64,000 nt of DNA from Mobula birostris (lineage: Eukaryota), in contig NC_092393.1 of the NCBI RefSeq assembly GCF_030028105.1, positions 54,880,125-54,944,124 of the forward strand. Reading direction: 5' to 3'. The notes beneath the pieces were generated by a model that saw only the letters and a list, made by a program, of their open reading frames with translations, was not told where the DNA came from and did not search any database. The translations under genes and the position numbers were made by a program. Below, in pieces: positions 1 to 12,889 of the stretch (position 1 is its first letter; the number at the start of each line of letters is the position of its first letter).

Positions 1-299
1 CCCTAATCAAATCTGGTTCATTAAACAACACCCAATCCAGAATTGCTTTTACCCTTGTGGGTTCAACCACAAGCTGTTCTAAAAAGTCATCTCATAGGTG
101 CTCTACAAATTCTCTCTCTTGGGTACAGCACCAATCTAATTTTCCCACTCTACCTGCATATTGAAATCCCCCATGACTTTCATAACATTGTCCTTCTTTA
201 TATGCATTTTCTATCTCCCATTGTAATATATATCCCCCATCCTGGCTACTGTTCAGAGGCCTGTATATAATTCCCATCAGGGTCTTTTCACCCTTAAAT

Positions 300-1245
300 A
301 TTAGAAAGCCTGCAGTCGCTAGAAATCCAAAGCAACAAACACAAAATGCTGGAGGAACTCAGCAGGTCAGGCAGCATATGGAAATGAAATGATAGTTGAC
401 GTTTTGGGACAAGACCCTCCTTCGGGACTGAGAAGAAAGAGGGAAGAAGTCAGAATAAAAAGGCGGGGGGAGGGGAAAGAGGGGAAAGGTGATAGGTGGA
501 GCCAGGGGGGTGGGAAAGGTCAAGGGCTGGAAAAGAAGGAATCTGATTGGATAGGAGAGTAGACTGTAGGAGAAAGGGAAAGTGATAGGCAGGTGAGAAG
601 AGATAAAAAGTCAGAGTGGGGAACAGCGGAGAAGGGAGGAAATTTGTTTACTGGCAGGAAAAATCAATACTTATGCAATCAGGTTGGTGACTACTCAGGC
701 AGACTGAATATAAGGTGCTGTTGTTCCACCCTGATGGTGACCTCACCTTGGCACAAGAAGGGGTCTTGGACCAACACAGTTGGAATGGGAATGCAAATCG
801 GAATTAAAATGTTTGGCCACCAGGAAGTCCAGCTTGTGACGGATGGTGTGGAGGTGCTCAACAAAGTGATCCTCCGATTTACAACAGGTCTCACCAATGT
901 AGAGGGGGCTGCATTGGGAGCACCGGACAGAATAGATGATCCCAGTAGGTTCACAGGTGAGATGTTGCCTCACCTGGAAGGACTATGTTGAGCCCTGAGT
1001 GGAGGTGAAGGACGAAGTGTATAGGCAGGTGTTGCACTTAGTCCACTTGTTGGGTTAAGTGCTGGGAGGGATGAATGGACAAGGGAATTGTGGAAGGTGT
1101 GATCCGTGTGGAAAGCGGGGCTGGGGGGGAGGTAAAGATACGTTTAGTGGTAGGATTTTTTTGGAGACGGCGGAAGTTGTGGAGGATAGTGTGTTGGATG
1201 TGGAGGCTGATGGGGTGGTAGGTAAGGACAAGAGGAATTCTATCT
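300..1245 (-). mobile_element. Penelope-like element 3' part (GIY-YIG endonuclease remnant + pLTR), inserted in a CR1
   Basis: ORF 743-973 HLTCEPTGIIYSVRCSQCSPLYIGET...HFVEHL...VAKHFN is a PLE GIY-YIG motif with its Cys linker. Degenerate hammerhead at about 395-430. Degenerate duplication tcttttcaccctt/tctttttatcctt at the ends. Confidence 0.8.
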
Positions 1246-1611
1246 TTTTATCCTTGCCATTTCTTAACTCTACCCACGAGGGTTCTACATGCTAAGGACT
1301 TGTTTTAATTTTTTTACAAACAGAGCCACCCCACCCTCTGTCTACCTGCCTGCCTTTTTGATACAATGTGAATCCTTGGATGTTAACTCCCAACTATGAT
1401 CTTTTTTCAACCATGACTCAGTGATGCCCAGAATGTCACGCCTGCCAATCTCTGGCTGCACTACAAGACCATCTACCTTTTTCCATATACTGCATGCATT
1501 CAAATATTACACCTCCAGTCCCATATTCTTCACCCTTTTTGATTTTGCCCCCATGTTACACCTCAACTCACTCCACTGACTGAAAATTTTCCCTATCATC
1601 AGCCTGCCCTT

Positions 1612-2180
1612 CATAGAAACATAGAAAATAGGTGCAGGAGTAGGTTATTCAGCCCTTCGAGCCTGCACCGCCATTCAGTATGATCATGGCTGATCATCCA
1701 ACTCAGAACCCTGTACCTGCCTTCTCTCCATACCTCCTGATTCCTTTAGCCACAAGGGCCTTATCTAACTCCCTCTTAAATATAGCCAATGACCTGGCCT
1801 CAACTGTTTCCTGTGGCAGAGAATTCCACAGGTTCCCCACTCTCTGTGTGAGGAAGTTTTTCCTAATCTCGGTCCTAAAAGGCTTCCCCTTTATCCTCAA
1901 ACTGTGACCCCTCGTTCTGGACTTCCCCAACATCAGGAACAATCTTCCTGCATCTAGCCTGTCCAATCCCTTTAGAATTTTATACGTTTCTATAAGATCC
2001 TCCCTCAATCTTCTAAATTCCAGAGAGTATAAGCCTAGTCAATCCAGTCTTTCCTCATATGAAAGTCCGGCCATCCCAGGAATCAATCTGGTGAACCTTC
2101 TTTGTACTCCCTCTATGGCAAGAATGTCTTTCCTCAGATTAGGGGACCAAAACTGCACACAATACTCCAGGTGTGGTCTC
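1612..2180 (-). mobile_element. CR1 LINE 3' fragment
   Basis: DLIETYKILKGLDRLD...TRGHSLRI...RKNFLTQRVGNLWNSLP C-terminus, CR1 3'UTR and (CTATGTTT)n tail. Confidence 0.9.
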
Positions 2181-3385
2181 CTCACAGTCTCACTACACAC
2201 TCCATTAAACTGAATGCCAACTGCCTCATCCTCAGCCCTATCACCATGGTTCCCATCCCCCTGTCAAATTAGTTTACTCCCTCCACAACAGTTCTAGCAA
2301 ACCTGCCCACAAGGATAGTGGCCCCCCTCGTGTTTAGGTGTAACCTGAACTTTTTGTGCAGCTCATACCTTTGCCAGAAGTGGTCCCAATGAGCTCTGGG
2401 TAGCACACAGTACTGGGAGTAATCGAGAGATCACCACCATGGATATCCCACTCTTCAGCCTCTTCTCAAACTCCCTATACTCACTGTGCAGGACCTCTTT
2501 GCCTTTTGTACCTTTGTCATTAGTGCCAATGTGCACCATGACCTTTGACTGCTCATCATCCTTCTTGGGAATCTTCTGCAGCCCCTCTGAGTCAACATGG
2601 ACCCTAGCACCAAGGAGGCAATGCACAATCTGACCGCCTCTTTTGTGGATATAGAACCTCCTGTCCATCCCCCTAACTATCGATTCTCCTATCAGTTTCA
2701 CTCTGCCTGACTTTATCCTTCCCTGCTGAGATTTGGGGAAAACAAAGTGTACTGTCTGGCATAATGCCAGTGATCAGGGTTCAATTCCCATGCCATCTGT
2801 AAGGAGTTCGTATGTTCTCCCAGTTACTCTGTGGGTTTCCTCCTGCATTACAAAGATGCATGGTTTAGCATTCAAAACACGAATAAGAGAAAATCTGCAG
2901 ATGCTGGAAATCCGAGCAACACACACAAAATGCTGGAGGAACTCAGCATCTATGGAAAAAAGTGCAGTCGATGTTTTGGGCCGAAGACCTTCGGCAAGAC
3001 TGGAGAAACCAAAAACTGAGGAGTAGATTTTTTTAGGGTTAGTAAGTTGTGGGCTTGCTATGTTGGCACCAGAAACATGGCAACACTTGGGGGCTACTAC
3101 CAGCTCATCATTGGACTGCATTGGTCATTAATGCAAACGATGCATTTCACATTATGTTTCAATATTTCACTGTGCATGTGAAAAATAAACCTAATCTCTC
3201 TCTATCTCTCAATTTTTCTCTCTCTCTGCAAAGGAAAGCAATAACAAAATGCAGAATATGTTGTAATGCTGAGAGTCCTGGAATTTAGACCATACAGAAT
3301 TAGCCCATTCAGCCCATCGAGTCATGGCTGATTTATTTTCCCTCTCAGTGCCATTCTTCTGCCTTTGGCACTCTCACTAATCAAG

Positions 3386-5185
3386 GACAATAGACAATAG
3401 ACAATCGGTGCAGGAGTAGGCCATTCAGCCCTTCGAGTCAGCACCACCACTCACTGTGATCATGGCTGATCATTCACAATCAGTACCCCGTTCCTGCCTT
3501 CTCCCCATATCCCTTCACTCCACTATCTTTAAGAGCTCTATCTAACTCTTTCTTGAAAGCATCCAGAGAATTGGCCTCCACTGCCTTCTGAGGCAGAGCA
3601 TTCCACAGATCCACAACTCTCTGGGCGAAATTCTTTTTTCCTCAACTCCGTTCTAAATGGCCTACCCCTTGTTCTTAAACTTAAACTGCGGCCTCTGGTT
3701 CTGGACTCCCCCAACATCGGGAACATGTTTCCTGCCTCTAGCATGTCCAATCCCTTAATAATCTTATATGTTTCAATCAGATCCCCTCTCATCCTTCTAA
3801 ATTCGAGTGTATACAAGCCCAGTCGCTCCAATCTTTCAACATATGACAGTCCTGCCATCCCGGGAATTAACCTCGTGAACCTACGCTGCACTCCCTCAAT
3901 AGCAAGAATGTCCTTCCTCAAATTTGGAGACCAAAACTGCACATAATACTCCAGGTGTGGTCTCACCAGGGCCCTGTACAACTGCAGAAGGACCTCTTTG
4001 CTCCTATACTCAACTCCCCTTGTTATGAAGGCCAGCATGCCATTAGCTTTCTTCACTGCCTGCTGTACCTGCATGCTTACTTTCAGTGACTGATGAGCAA
4101 GGACACCCAGATTTCATTGTACTTCCCCTTTTCCTAACTTGACACCATTCAGATAGTAATCTGCCTTCCTGTTCTTGCCACCAAAGTGGATAACCTCACA
4201 TTTATTCACATTAACCTGCCCACTCACCCAACCTGTCCAAGTCACCCTGCATTCTCATAACATCCTCCTCACATTTCACACTGCCACCCAGCTTTGTGTC
4301 ATCTGCAAATTTGCTAATGTTACTTTTAATCCCTTCATCTAAATCATTAATGTATATTGTAAATAGTTGTGGTCCCAGCACCGAGCCTTGCAGTACCCCA
4401 CTAGTCACTACCTGCCGTTCTGAAAGGGACCCCTTAATCCCTACTCTTTGTTTCCTGTCCGCCAACCAATTTTCTATCCATGTCAGTACCCTACCCCCAA
4501 TACCATTTGCTCTAATTTTGCACTCTAACCTCCTATGTGGGACCTTATCAAAGGCTTTCTGAAATTCCAGGTACACTACATCCACTGGCTCATAGTTATA
4601 TCCTCAAAAAATTCCAGAAGATTAGTCAAGCATGATTTCTCCTTGGTAAATCCATGCTGACTCGGACCTATCCTGCTATTGCTATCCAAATGTGTCGCTA
4701 TTTCATCTTTTATAATTGACTCCAGCATCTTCCCCACCACTGGTGTCAGGCTAACTGGACTATAATTCCCTGTTTTCTCCCTCCCTCCTTTCTTAAAAAG
4801 TGGGATTACATTAGTTACCCTCCAATCCACAGGAACAGGTCCTGAATCTATAGAACATTGAAAAATGATTACCAATGCGTCCACAATTTCTATAGCCACC
4901 TCCTTAAGTACCCTGGGGTGCAGACTATCAGGACTGGGGATTTATCAGCCTTCAGTCCCATCAGTCTATCCAACACCATTTTCTGCCTAATGTGAATCTC
5001 CTTCAGTTCCTCTGTTACCCTAGGTCCTCCGGCCACTATTACATCTGGGAGATTGTTTGTGTCTTTCCTAGTGAAGACAGATCCAAAGTACCCGTTCAAC
5101 TCGTCTGCCATTTCTTTGTTCCCCATAATAATTTCACCCGTTTCTGTCTTCAAGGGCCCAACTTTGGTCTTAACTAGTTTTTTCC
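3386..5185 (-). mobile_element. CR1 LINE reverse transcriptase fragment, 5'-truncated
   Basis: Consecutive frameshifted ORFs with FQKAFDKVPH, QGSVLGP, KFADDTKL and LVRPHLEY motifs. (TATTGTC)n tail at about 3386-3405. Confidence 0.92.
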
Positions 5186-5204
5186 TCTCCCCATCCTCTG
5201 CTTT

Positions 5205-6127
5205 AAATTCCTGTTCATTGGGACCTGTGCATTTTATCCCAGTTAAGCAGCTGCCACATTTAGCTGAAGTTTCATGGAAAAATATTTTTAAAAAAAATAT
5301 GTGTGTGTGTGTGTGTGTTTAAAAAGGCAGACTCCCACTTAACTGAGCAACAAATTATGTACTTAAATGAAAATACAGAACAAATTAGAACACTATCAAT
5401 TTGACTACAGTCCTGTAAACCTGTGTATTAGTTTTAATTGTTATCGTTAGGGGAATTCATCCAGTGTGCAGGGCATTCTCTTGATTGATTGCAAATGAAC
5501 AAAATCAGTGCAGACACCTGGTGTAGATATTGAACTACGTTCATACAATGCTTTCAATGATTGCATCATCCAAATCTTCATTTTCATTGTCACCTTCAAG
5601 ATGATCGTCGATACCTTCAAACTCTGTAATCGTTCCATTTTCACTCGCAGCCGGTTCCGGCATCTCCAAGGCTGAACGCTTGAAACTACAGAGAACCAAA
5701 CAGCTCTGAATTGTCTTACTGCTTATTTCTCGCCAACTATCAGTGAAAAAAAAACACTGCTTTTTTGGACACGCAATTGACAGTATTTAAAATCTCTAAG
5801 CACATGTAGTGTCTGACGGCCACACAGGCGCACGTGTCTGACACTGATTAGAAACCGTTCCGCAACAATCTCCTGTTCCAACTAACACACACAAAATGCT
5901 GGAGGAACTCAGCAGGCCAGGCAGCATCCATGGGGAAAAAAAAGTACAGTCGACGTTTCGGGCCGAAATCCTTCGGCAGGACTCCTGTTCCAATTAAGCG
6001 GCACAAAACCGCGAATACACTAAAGGAATGCCGGCTGTTTTCTCTGTTAGTTTTTGTCCTTTAAGAGTTGTCCAAAATAAGCAGCTGCCTCGATTTACCC
6101 TGAGCCAATTAACCGGAACCCACAGTA
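5205..6127. mobile_element. Probable Tc1/pogo-type non-autonomous DNA transposon with nested Penelope-derived insert (5882-5981)
   Basis: Right end ccaattaaccggaacccacag-TA resembles a TA-flanked TIR; left end degenerate. The nested insert has the TSD CTCCTGTTCCAA (5870-5881, 5982-5993). Confidence 0.35.
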
Positions 6128-7235
6128 CACTCAAAGACTGGCCCCACAGCCGTCTGTGGTAATCAGTTCCACAGATTCATCGCCCTGGGGTTGAAGAAAT
6201 TCCTCCTCATCTCTGTTCCAAAGCGGCGTCACTCTTTTCTGAGGCTGCGCCGCCCTTGTCATAGACTCTCCCCCCAATTTAGATTTAGTAGAGTTATTGT
6301 TGTTGTTCGTCCATCGTTGACGTCGATGAGGACCTCGACACCATTATTGATGGTGTCAAGACTAGCGCGTGATTTGGATTTAAGTGAGGGAGAGTTGCGC
6401 AGCGTCAGTCTCACTCTCTCTTCCCAATTCTCATCTGGGTCCAGTAGCAAGACAGAGTCTAGACGGCTGAAGATGGGACTAGGCGCAGTGGATGACCAGG
6501 ACGTCTTCTGTGTCTTGTCCTGCTCTACACGTTCCACGACGCTTGCAGAGACCGCCTTCTTGACCGTTGGACCTTCCATAGGTCTCGTCCGCTCAATCCG
6601 CCGGAGTCTGTCTTCACATGCTGGGATAGGCAACTCCCTATCACACCGAGGGTTTGAGACCCGTCGGCTACCCTCACCTGGTTTAGCCGGCCTGTCAAAG
6701 CCGTTGCCCGGGGTGTGGCCGCTGTAGCATGCAAACAGCTACGGGGAGCCACAAGTGAGAGCTGAGTGCCAGGTGGGGACCAAAGGTGGACTAACCGCCT
6801 TGAAAATGTTCCCCCACCAGAGGTGCTACCCTTCACTGACACCCCATACACCCCAGTATTTAGTATTTAGTAGAGTAGAGAGTTTATAATAGAAGTAATT
6901 AATAGGTTAGTAGGCGGTGACTTGCAGAGAGTCGCAACGAACACCCCGGCGTACGTGGAGAGAAAGAGTTGAACAGGATGCGGACCAAACGCAGGAAAAT
7001 GCGGGCAGCCCAGGCAACCGGACAGGGATGGATGGGTTGGGCTGAAAGAGCTGCCCCCTCCCACCCCACCCGCTGATGAACTCTCCCACTCGAAGGTTCT
7101 GCACTATTTTTTGCGTAAAGTTCTTTGGGAACATCTGGGGTGTTTTATAAACGCAAAGAGCTACGGGGTCAGAAGCGGCAGATCCGGTGTCTGTGAGAGA
7201 CGATACTATCGCTGGCTGCTGGTCATCGCCAAAGC

Positions 7236-7364
7236 TGAGAACAATTCACACTCACAACACGCTGGAGGAACTCAGCTGCCCGACCTGCTGAGTTCCTCCA
7301 GCGTGTTGTGAGTGTAGCTTTGATCCCAGCGTCTGCAGAGTATTTTGTGTTGAGAACAATTCAC
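7236..7364. mobile_element. Penelope-derived insert with inverted terminal duplication and 14-bp TSD
   Basis: TSD TGAGAACAATTCAC at 7236-7249 and 7351-7364. Perfect 29-bp inverted repeat at 7248-7276/7287-7315. Confidence 0.8.
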
Positions 7365-9580
7365 GCCCTGCATATTAGGGGAAATATCGCGAGACATAAA
7401 TATCAGAATCACAATCGGGTTTATTCTCACCGGCGCGTGACGTGAAATGTGTTAACTTAGCAGCAGCAGTTCAATGCAATAAATAATCTAACAGAGAGAG
7501 ACACTAATAATAATAATAATAAATAAAATAAGGCAGAGTTTGGAATCTTGAGCTTTCTGCACCCATGTTGTAAGAAGTGGGACATTTCGGCAACTTGGTG
7601 GTGTTTTGCAGCCTTAGTGATCCCTACCACCCACCCCGCCGTCTCTTTGACGCACTACCATCAGGAAGGAGGTACAGGAGCATCAGGACTAGGACTGCCA
7701 GACTGAGTAACAGCTTCTTCCCACCAGGCTGTGGGATTAATGACTATCCTGTCACCACCGGGGTGTCGTCGCTAGGACAACGGGCTGTTTACTGTTTACC
7801 TGTAACAACACACACACAATGCTGGAGGAACTCAGCAGGCCAGGTACCGTCTACCGTCGACTTTTCGGGCCGGGACCCTTCGTCAGGACTCCTGTTTTTG
7901 TTTATCCGGGCTGCGCACTTCACAAGCGTTTTAAATTATATTTTATTAACTTATTTGTGGTAATGCTGTGTGCGATATATGTTTTGTGGGGCTCTGTGGT
8001 TCGCAGGGACGTCGTTTCGTTTGGTTGTATATGTGTACAGCCAGACGACAGTAAACTTGATCTGATGGCAGTTGTTTCTGGTCGAAGTAGAAACACTCGA
8101 CTTAATCAGTTTGCGAGGTAGTTAACTCCCGGCAATTCTGGTTAAGTTCGCTTGGTCTGTGTTACTGATGCAGAGATGTACACTTTTTAAAATCGGTTTG
8201 TGTCGAGAGAGTGTGGACGATAGACAAAATGGAGAGGGTCTGGGCACGGTAAGTCAGTGTTCGGTGCAGCAAGAATGGTCATGATCTGACTCTCCTGTGG
8301 ACACGCTCGGGGTTATTGAGGAACCTTCCAGGAGTACGGTTACCGCTTGTGCTCCTCCGTTAATATTAAACTTCAACCGACACACCTCGTTATCCCCAGT
8401 AGCACCATCGCCGCCACGGCCTCCAGCGCCGGGAGGAACCAAACACCGCCTGGGGAACGGCTATGTGAGGCACCTCGCTCGCTTCCCGTCGCCTGCTGGT
8501 GGAAACCCCCAGCGCAATCCATCCCCCCCTATCTGTCTCCGTTTCCGGCGCCAGGAACAGCGCCTCACTCCCCACCTGAGCACGTTGCGCTGTTCCGACT
8601 CGGTGCGGAACTCTACTGACTTCAGGAAACTCGTCTGTCTTAGATCTGGTCAGTTATCTTCATCCTCCATCTCAAGTCAAGTCAAGTCGCTTTTTATTGT
8701 CATTTCGACCATCAACTGCTGGTACGGTACACAGTAAAAACGAAACAACGTTCCTCCAGGACCATGGTGCTACATGAAACAACACAAAACTACACTAGAC
8801 TAAGTGAGACAACACAAAAACTACACTAGACGACAGACCTACACAGGACTACATAAAGTGCACATAACAGTGCAGGGCAATACAATAAATAATAAACAAG
8901 ACAACAGGCACAGTAGAGGACAAATTACAATGTAATAATAAACGATGTAGATGTCAGTCTAGTCTCTGGCTATTAAGGAGTCTGATGGCTTGCTGCCATT
9001 TGGTTCAGATTAAGTCTCTGTCTCTCTTTCACTCACATTTGCGCAATCACACCCGCGGAAAGAGGACATCGGCTACCTCTACGACCATTCCCACTGTGCC
9101 TTCAAACCCGGGTGCCGAAACTGCGCCCGTGGTACTAGTCTGACTAAATATTAATGATTCGCTTTACTTGCACGTCGAAACATACTGTGGTCTGCGTCGT
9201 TTTCGTCAAATCAAATCACCGAGGATTACGTTGGGCAGCCCGCAAGTACCGCCACGCTTCCGGCGTCGATACAGCAATGTCCACAACTCACTAATCCTAA
9301 CCGTATGACTTTGGAACGCGGGAGGAAACCGGAGCACCCGGGGGAAACCCACGCGGTCACGAGGAGAACGTACAGGCAGCGGCGGGAATCTTGTGGCTGG
9401 GCGCTGTAAAGTGTTGCGCTAAGACATGTCCAGTCGTTTTTCAACTTTTTTTCTCTCAAGTTGATTTGTTTAGGCATGAACTGTCTGGCTGTAACATACC
9501 AAAAAGTTGAAACAGTATCTGTGGGGTTCCGAAAGGATGGAATGCAAATAGTCGGAGACTCGCGTATTTTATGGCTGAAA

Positions 9581-9586
9581 TTTAAT
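9581..9586 (-). other. Candidate NPB polyadenylation signal ATTAAA
   Basis: ATTAAA on the minus strand about 260 nt after the stop codon, in AT-rich non-repeat sequence. Not proven. Confidence 0.35.
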
Positions 9587-9848
9587 AATTTGTTCCATTA
9601 CAGATATTAATACCATTTATACAATGATTCTGCATACATACCGTGGGGTGTTTACTTATGGACAATTAAAAAAAACATTCAGCAACCGCTCAGTCACAAA
9701 CAAGTTTTTTTTTAACTTAAGAGTTTGACTGGACGTCAAGATGGAAATTACGGTGATATCTGGGGTTGGTCGTCTGAATCCTCTGAAAGTAAAAACATTC
9801 GGCGCCGGGTGGGGTTCGGGGAGTTGGTGGCCCTGGTGGAGAGGCGGA

Positions 9849-9977
9849 TCAGACATTTGCACACTCTCGACTGTCCAGCGAAAGGAAAACGTCCGCCTTG
9901 CACTGAAAAGTGTTGAGGCCGTCTGGGAGAAGCTGGCAGGTTTGCAGACTGGGAGAGATGTCTTTCACACACACGGC
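9849..9977 (-). CDS. NPB: Prepro-neuropeptide B, coding exon 2 (C-terminal Cys-containing propeptide)
   Basis: Acceptor gtctctgttgcag|GCC. Reads AVCVKDISPSLQTCQLLPDGLNTFQCKADVFLSLDSRECANV*, matching the 4-Cys C-terminal region of vertebrate NPB precursors. In frame with exon 1 (131 aa total). Not in the ORF track; translated by hand. Confidence 0.94.
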   Translation of the reverse strand, partial: AVCVKDISPSLQTCQLLPDGLNTFQCKADVFLSLDSRECANV

Positions 9978-11681
9978 CTGCAACAGAGACGGAGAAGAGA
10001 TTCAGCCCGGCCGCTACCGGAAGGACAAACTGTACACTCAGTGTGAAGTGCATTTATCTCGTGTACATCGACACTATTACGGCGGACTGTGTGTTTGCAA
10101 CAAACCAACAACACACCCGAGGGTGTGCTGGCGGGCCGCCCGCAGGTGTCGCCAACAAGGCGTGCCCACGCGGGACAAAACATAACTCGAGCAACAAAAC
10201 GCGAGTTTGCCCTCCCACGCACTGTCACGGTCCTCTAGCCCCAGGACAGCCAGTCTGCAAGAGGAGTTGGCGATGAATACCGAATTCCAGAAATAAAATC
10301 GGACCACACTCGAACCGGTCGCCACATCGGGCAGCACCTGTGAGCGTGAAACCATTAACGTTTCAGATCGGCCAGTCTTTCTCAGTCCGCAGGAGAAATT
10401 ACTGAATGCGGGTTATACACGAGAGACCGGCAGGTTATTTATTAAACTAGCGAGTTTAACTAGGAAATTCATTAACTCTTTCCTTCGGATGTTTTGCGAT
10501 ATTTTCAGGGACTGGAATTGCGGAAGATTGTGTCCCCATAGGGGTCACCTCACGGTGGGATGCTCTGCAAACCTGCTCGGAGTCTGCGCGTATCCGAAAC
10601 CCCTCGCCCCCTGCGGCATATCTGGGGCCCTTTCATCCCCGGGAAATTTCTGGAAATCCCTCGCCCCACTGCACTTCAGCGCCTTTTGGTTCGCTCGCAC
10701 CCTCTCCAAACCAGCCATAGAGTCATAGAACACTACATTAAAGAAACAGGCCTTCCGGCCCATCCAGTCCCTTCCGACCTATTATTTTGCCTGGACTGTA
10801 TCCCTCCATAGCCCTCCCGTCCATGCAGTGTGCTTATCCAAGCTTCTCTTGGGTGCTACAGTCGAACCCATATCCGTCACTTCCGCTGGCAGCTCGTTCC
10901 ATCCAATGAGTGAAGAAGTTCCCCCTAAATATTTCACCTTTCATCTTTAACCCATCTGCCTTCTACGCCTCTGCCCTTAACCCCACCCACCCCTCCTCCT
11001 CCCCCTCTGCTCCCTTTCCCTTCCTATCCCTGTGTCGTCCCGGCTCTCGCACCCCAGATCTTTACTCCACGCCAGACGAGAGAACGGCGCCTATGTTGGT
11101 TTGCGTCGCGGGATAGAATGAATATTTTGAGTTCGGTAAGAGTCCAATCACGTTGACCGCCACTTTAAATACAAAATATTTGAGTTAGTTAATGTAAATG
11201 CGTTATAGCTGCATTCCGAACACTCATGTTAACCAGCAAATAAGTTTAGTACTTGCTATCACTGCTCCGAGTCCGATAGCCCCCTTGGCACTGAGGGGCT
11301 CTCGCGTGGTCCTAAAGCCCACTGAATGTGCGGAAAACAAAGGATAGTTTCCCAGATTTTAGACCAAAAAACATGAGCGGACGGCCCAACGCGTCTAGTC
11401 CGCCATTCTATCGTGGCTGATCTATTATCCCTCTCAACCCCATTCACCTGCCTTCTCAGCGTAACCTACAACGACCTTACAATTCAAGAACCTATCAACC
11501 TCCGCTTTAAATATACCCAATGACTTGCCCACCGCAGCCGTCTGTGGCAACAGATTCCATGAATTCACCACCCATTGGCTAAAGAAATCCCTGCTCATCC
11601 CTGTTGTAAAGGACGTCCCTCTGCTGTGCCCTCTGATCCTGGACTCCCCGACTATTGGCAACATCCTCTCTCCGCGTCTAC

Positions 11682-12334
11682 CAAAGTTCTCTTTATTTTT
11701 TTTACAGCTGAGCGGTGTGACCATTGTACTAAGTAGGACATTTTTATATGGCCCGAAAAATGCGTGGCACGCTAAATGCTTTTTTTGTGTAATATGCATA
11801 GTATAAATACTTATTAGGTTATGATTTTTTGACAGATTACTTACCAACAAAGTCAGAATATAGAATTTTTTCACATCAAACAAACACAAAGCATACATCA
11901 CAACACAAGTAAGTCTGTCAGGCAATCAAAGCCACTGACAGGCACAATGGCAAAAATAAAATGTTTTGACTAGACGGCGTCAGCTACCAGCTTCCATTCT
12001 GTTTTTATTGTTATAATTTGTAACAGTATTATAACACATCACTGAAGATGTGTCCAGATGCATCAATAGATGTATGTACACACCTTAACTTGAAACACTG
12101 ACAATGTAAATACATTGAGGCTCTAAAATGTTTCAAAGTAAAGGTTTGTGGTAGGTTTATTATTTAGAAAAATACATAGATTATATTCAGTAATATATAA
12201 TTAATTATGGGGTATTTTGCAATTATATTAACATTATATAAAAGCAAATTCCGGCTGCGTAGTTAAAGGCTATGTGCGCGCGAGCATTTCTGTTACTGTG
12301 CGGTCGCGCACGGCGTAATTTAGAGGGAACAGTG
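11682..12334. mobile_element. hAT-type non-autonomous DNA transposon in the NPB intron
   Basis: Ends CAAAGTTCTCTTTA...TTAGAGGGAACAGTG (degenerate TIR). 8-bp degenerate TSD gcgtctac/acatctgc. Inserted into a CR1 3' fragment (about 11400-11680). Confidence 0.55.
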
Positions 12335-12510
12335 ACATCTGCTCTATTTTATATAGAGATTCAGTTAAAATATTTACTTTGGTGAAAACACCGCCATAGT
12401 CTAGGAATGCCCCTCAAGCTTAGGATAATGTGTCTTTAAAGTAACTGATAAAGTTATTTTGAATTTCTGAGACTCCCGTCTCTCTCTCTCTCTCTCTTTC
12501 TAATCGTTGT

Positions 12511-12670
12511 AAACTCAGATTCTGCAGACGCTGAAAATCCAGAGTAGCACCTACAAAATGCTGGAGGAACACAGCAGGTCAGCTTGCATCTGTGGAAAGG
12601 AGTAAACAGTCGACGTTTCGGACCGAGACCCTTCATCAGGACTGCCGATTCGGTATTTTGCCGGTGTTAC
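12511..12670 (-). mobile_element. Short Penelope-derived non-autonomous insert in the NPB intron
   Basis: Same sequence as the terminal repeat of the GIY-YIG-bearing elements at 300-1245 and 14610-15640. Flanked by a 12-bp direct repeat TCTAATCGTTGT (12499-12510, 12671-12682). Confidence 0.75.
12607..12644 (-). ncRNA. Minimal type I hammerhead ribozyme motif (Penelope pLTR-type), intact core
   Basis: Minus strand CAGTC-CTGATGA-A-GGG-tctcgg-TCC-GAAA-CGTC/GACTG. Helix I CAGUC/GACUG, core CUGAUGA and GAAA, 3-bp helix II, palindromic ACGU helix III, GUC cleavage triplet. Confidence 0.7.
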
Positions 12671-12889
12671 TCTAATCGTTGTGTGTGGTCTGTCTGTGTG
12701 GAAGGGTGGTGGTGGTGGTGGGGGGGTGTTGTTGGAGGTCTGTGAGTGTGGCGTGTGTGGGAGGAATGACCTCCTCGTGTCCGCGCATTGTGGGTGTGTG
12801 CGTGGGTTTGATGTGTGTGGGACATTGACAGCTTTCAGTTTGCCCTCTCGCGTACTTGCATACATTGTCTCCACCTGTTCATCCCCCTC

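Larger units (their letters stand above)
1..2730 (-). mobile_element. Old CR1 LINE (ORF1 esterase + ORF2 endonuclease remnants) with nested inserts
   Basis: 2363-2701 IGESIVRGMDRRF...CLLGARV...VHIGTND is a CR1 ORF1 SGNH esterase. 92-277 GIIYRPLNS is an APE endonuclease motif. Interrupted by a Penelope element and a younger CR1 3' end. Confidence 0.75.

Noticed and set aside
6191-6851. 178-, 124- and 108-aa ORFs
   Set aside because: They lie in retroposon-like sequence sharing a motif with 19070-19110. No protein family recognised.
5947-7890. Hammerhead copies at about 5947-5984 and 7855-7890 (also about 400, 2970, 15555, 49890) as active ribozymes
   Set aside because: Each has a core or helix III mutation (CUGCCGA, GAAAAGUC, AAAA for GAAA, and so on).
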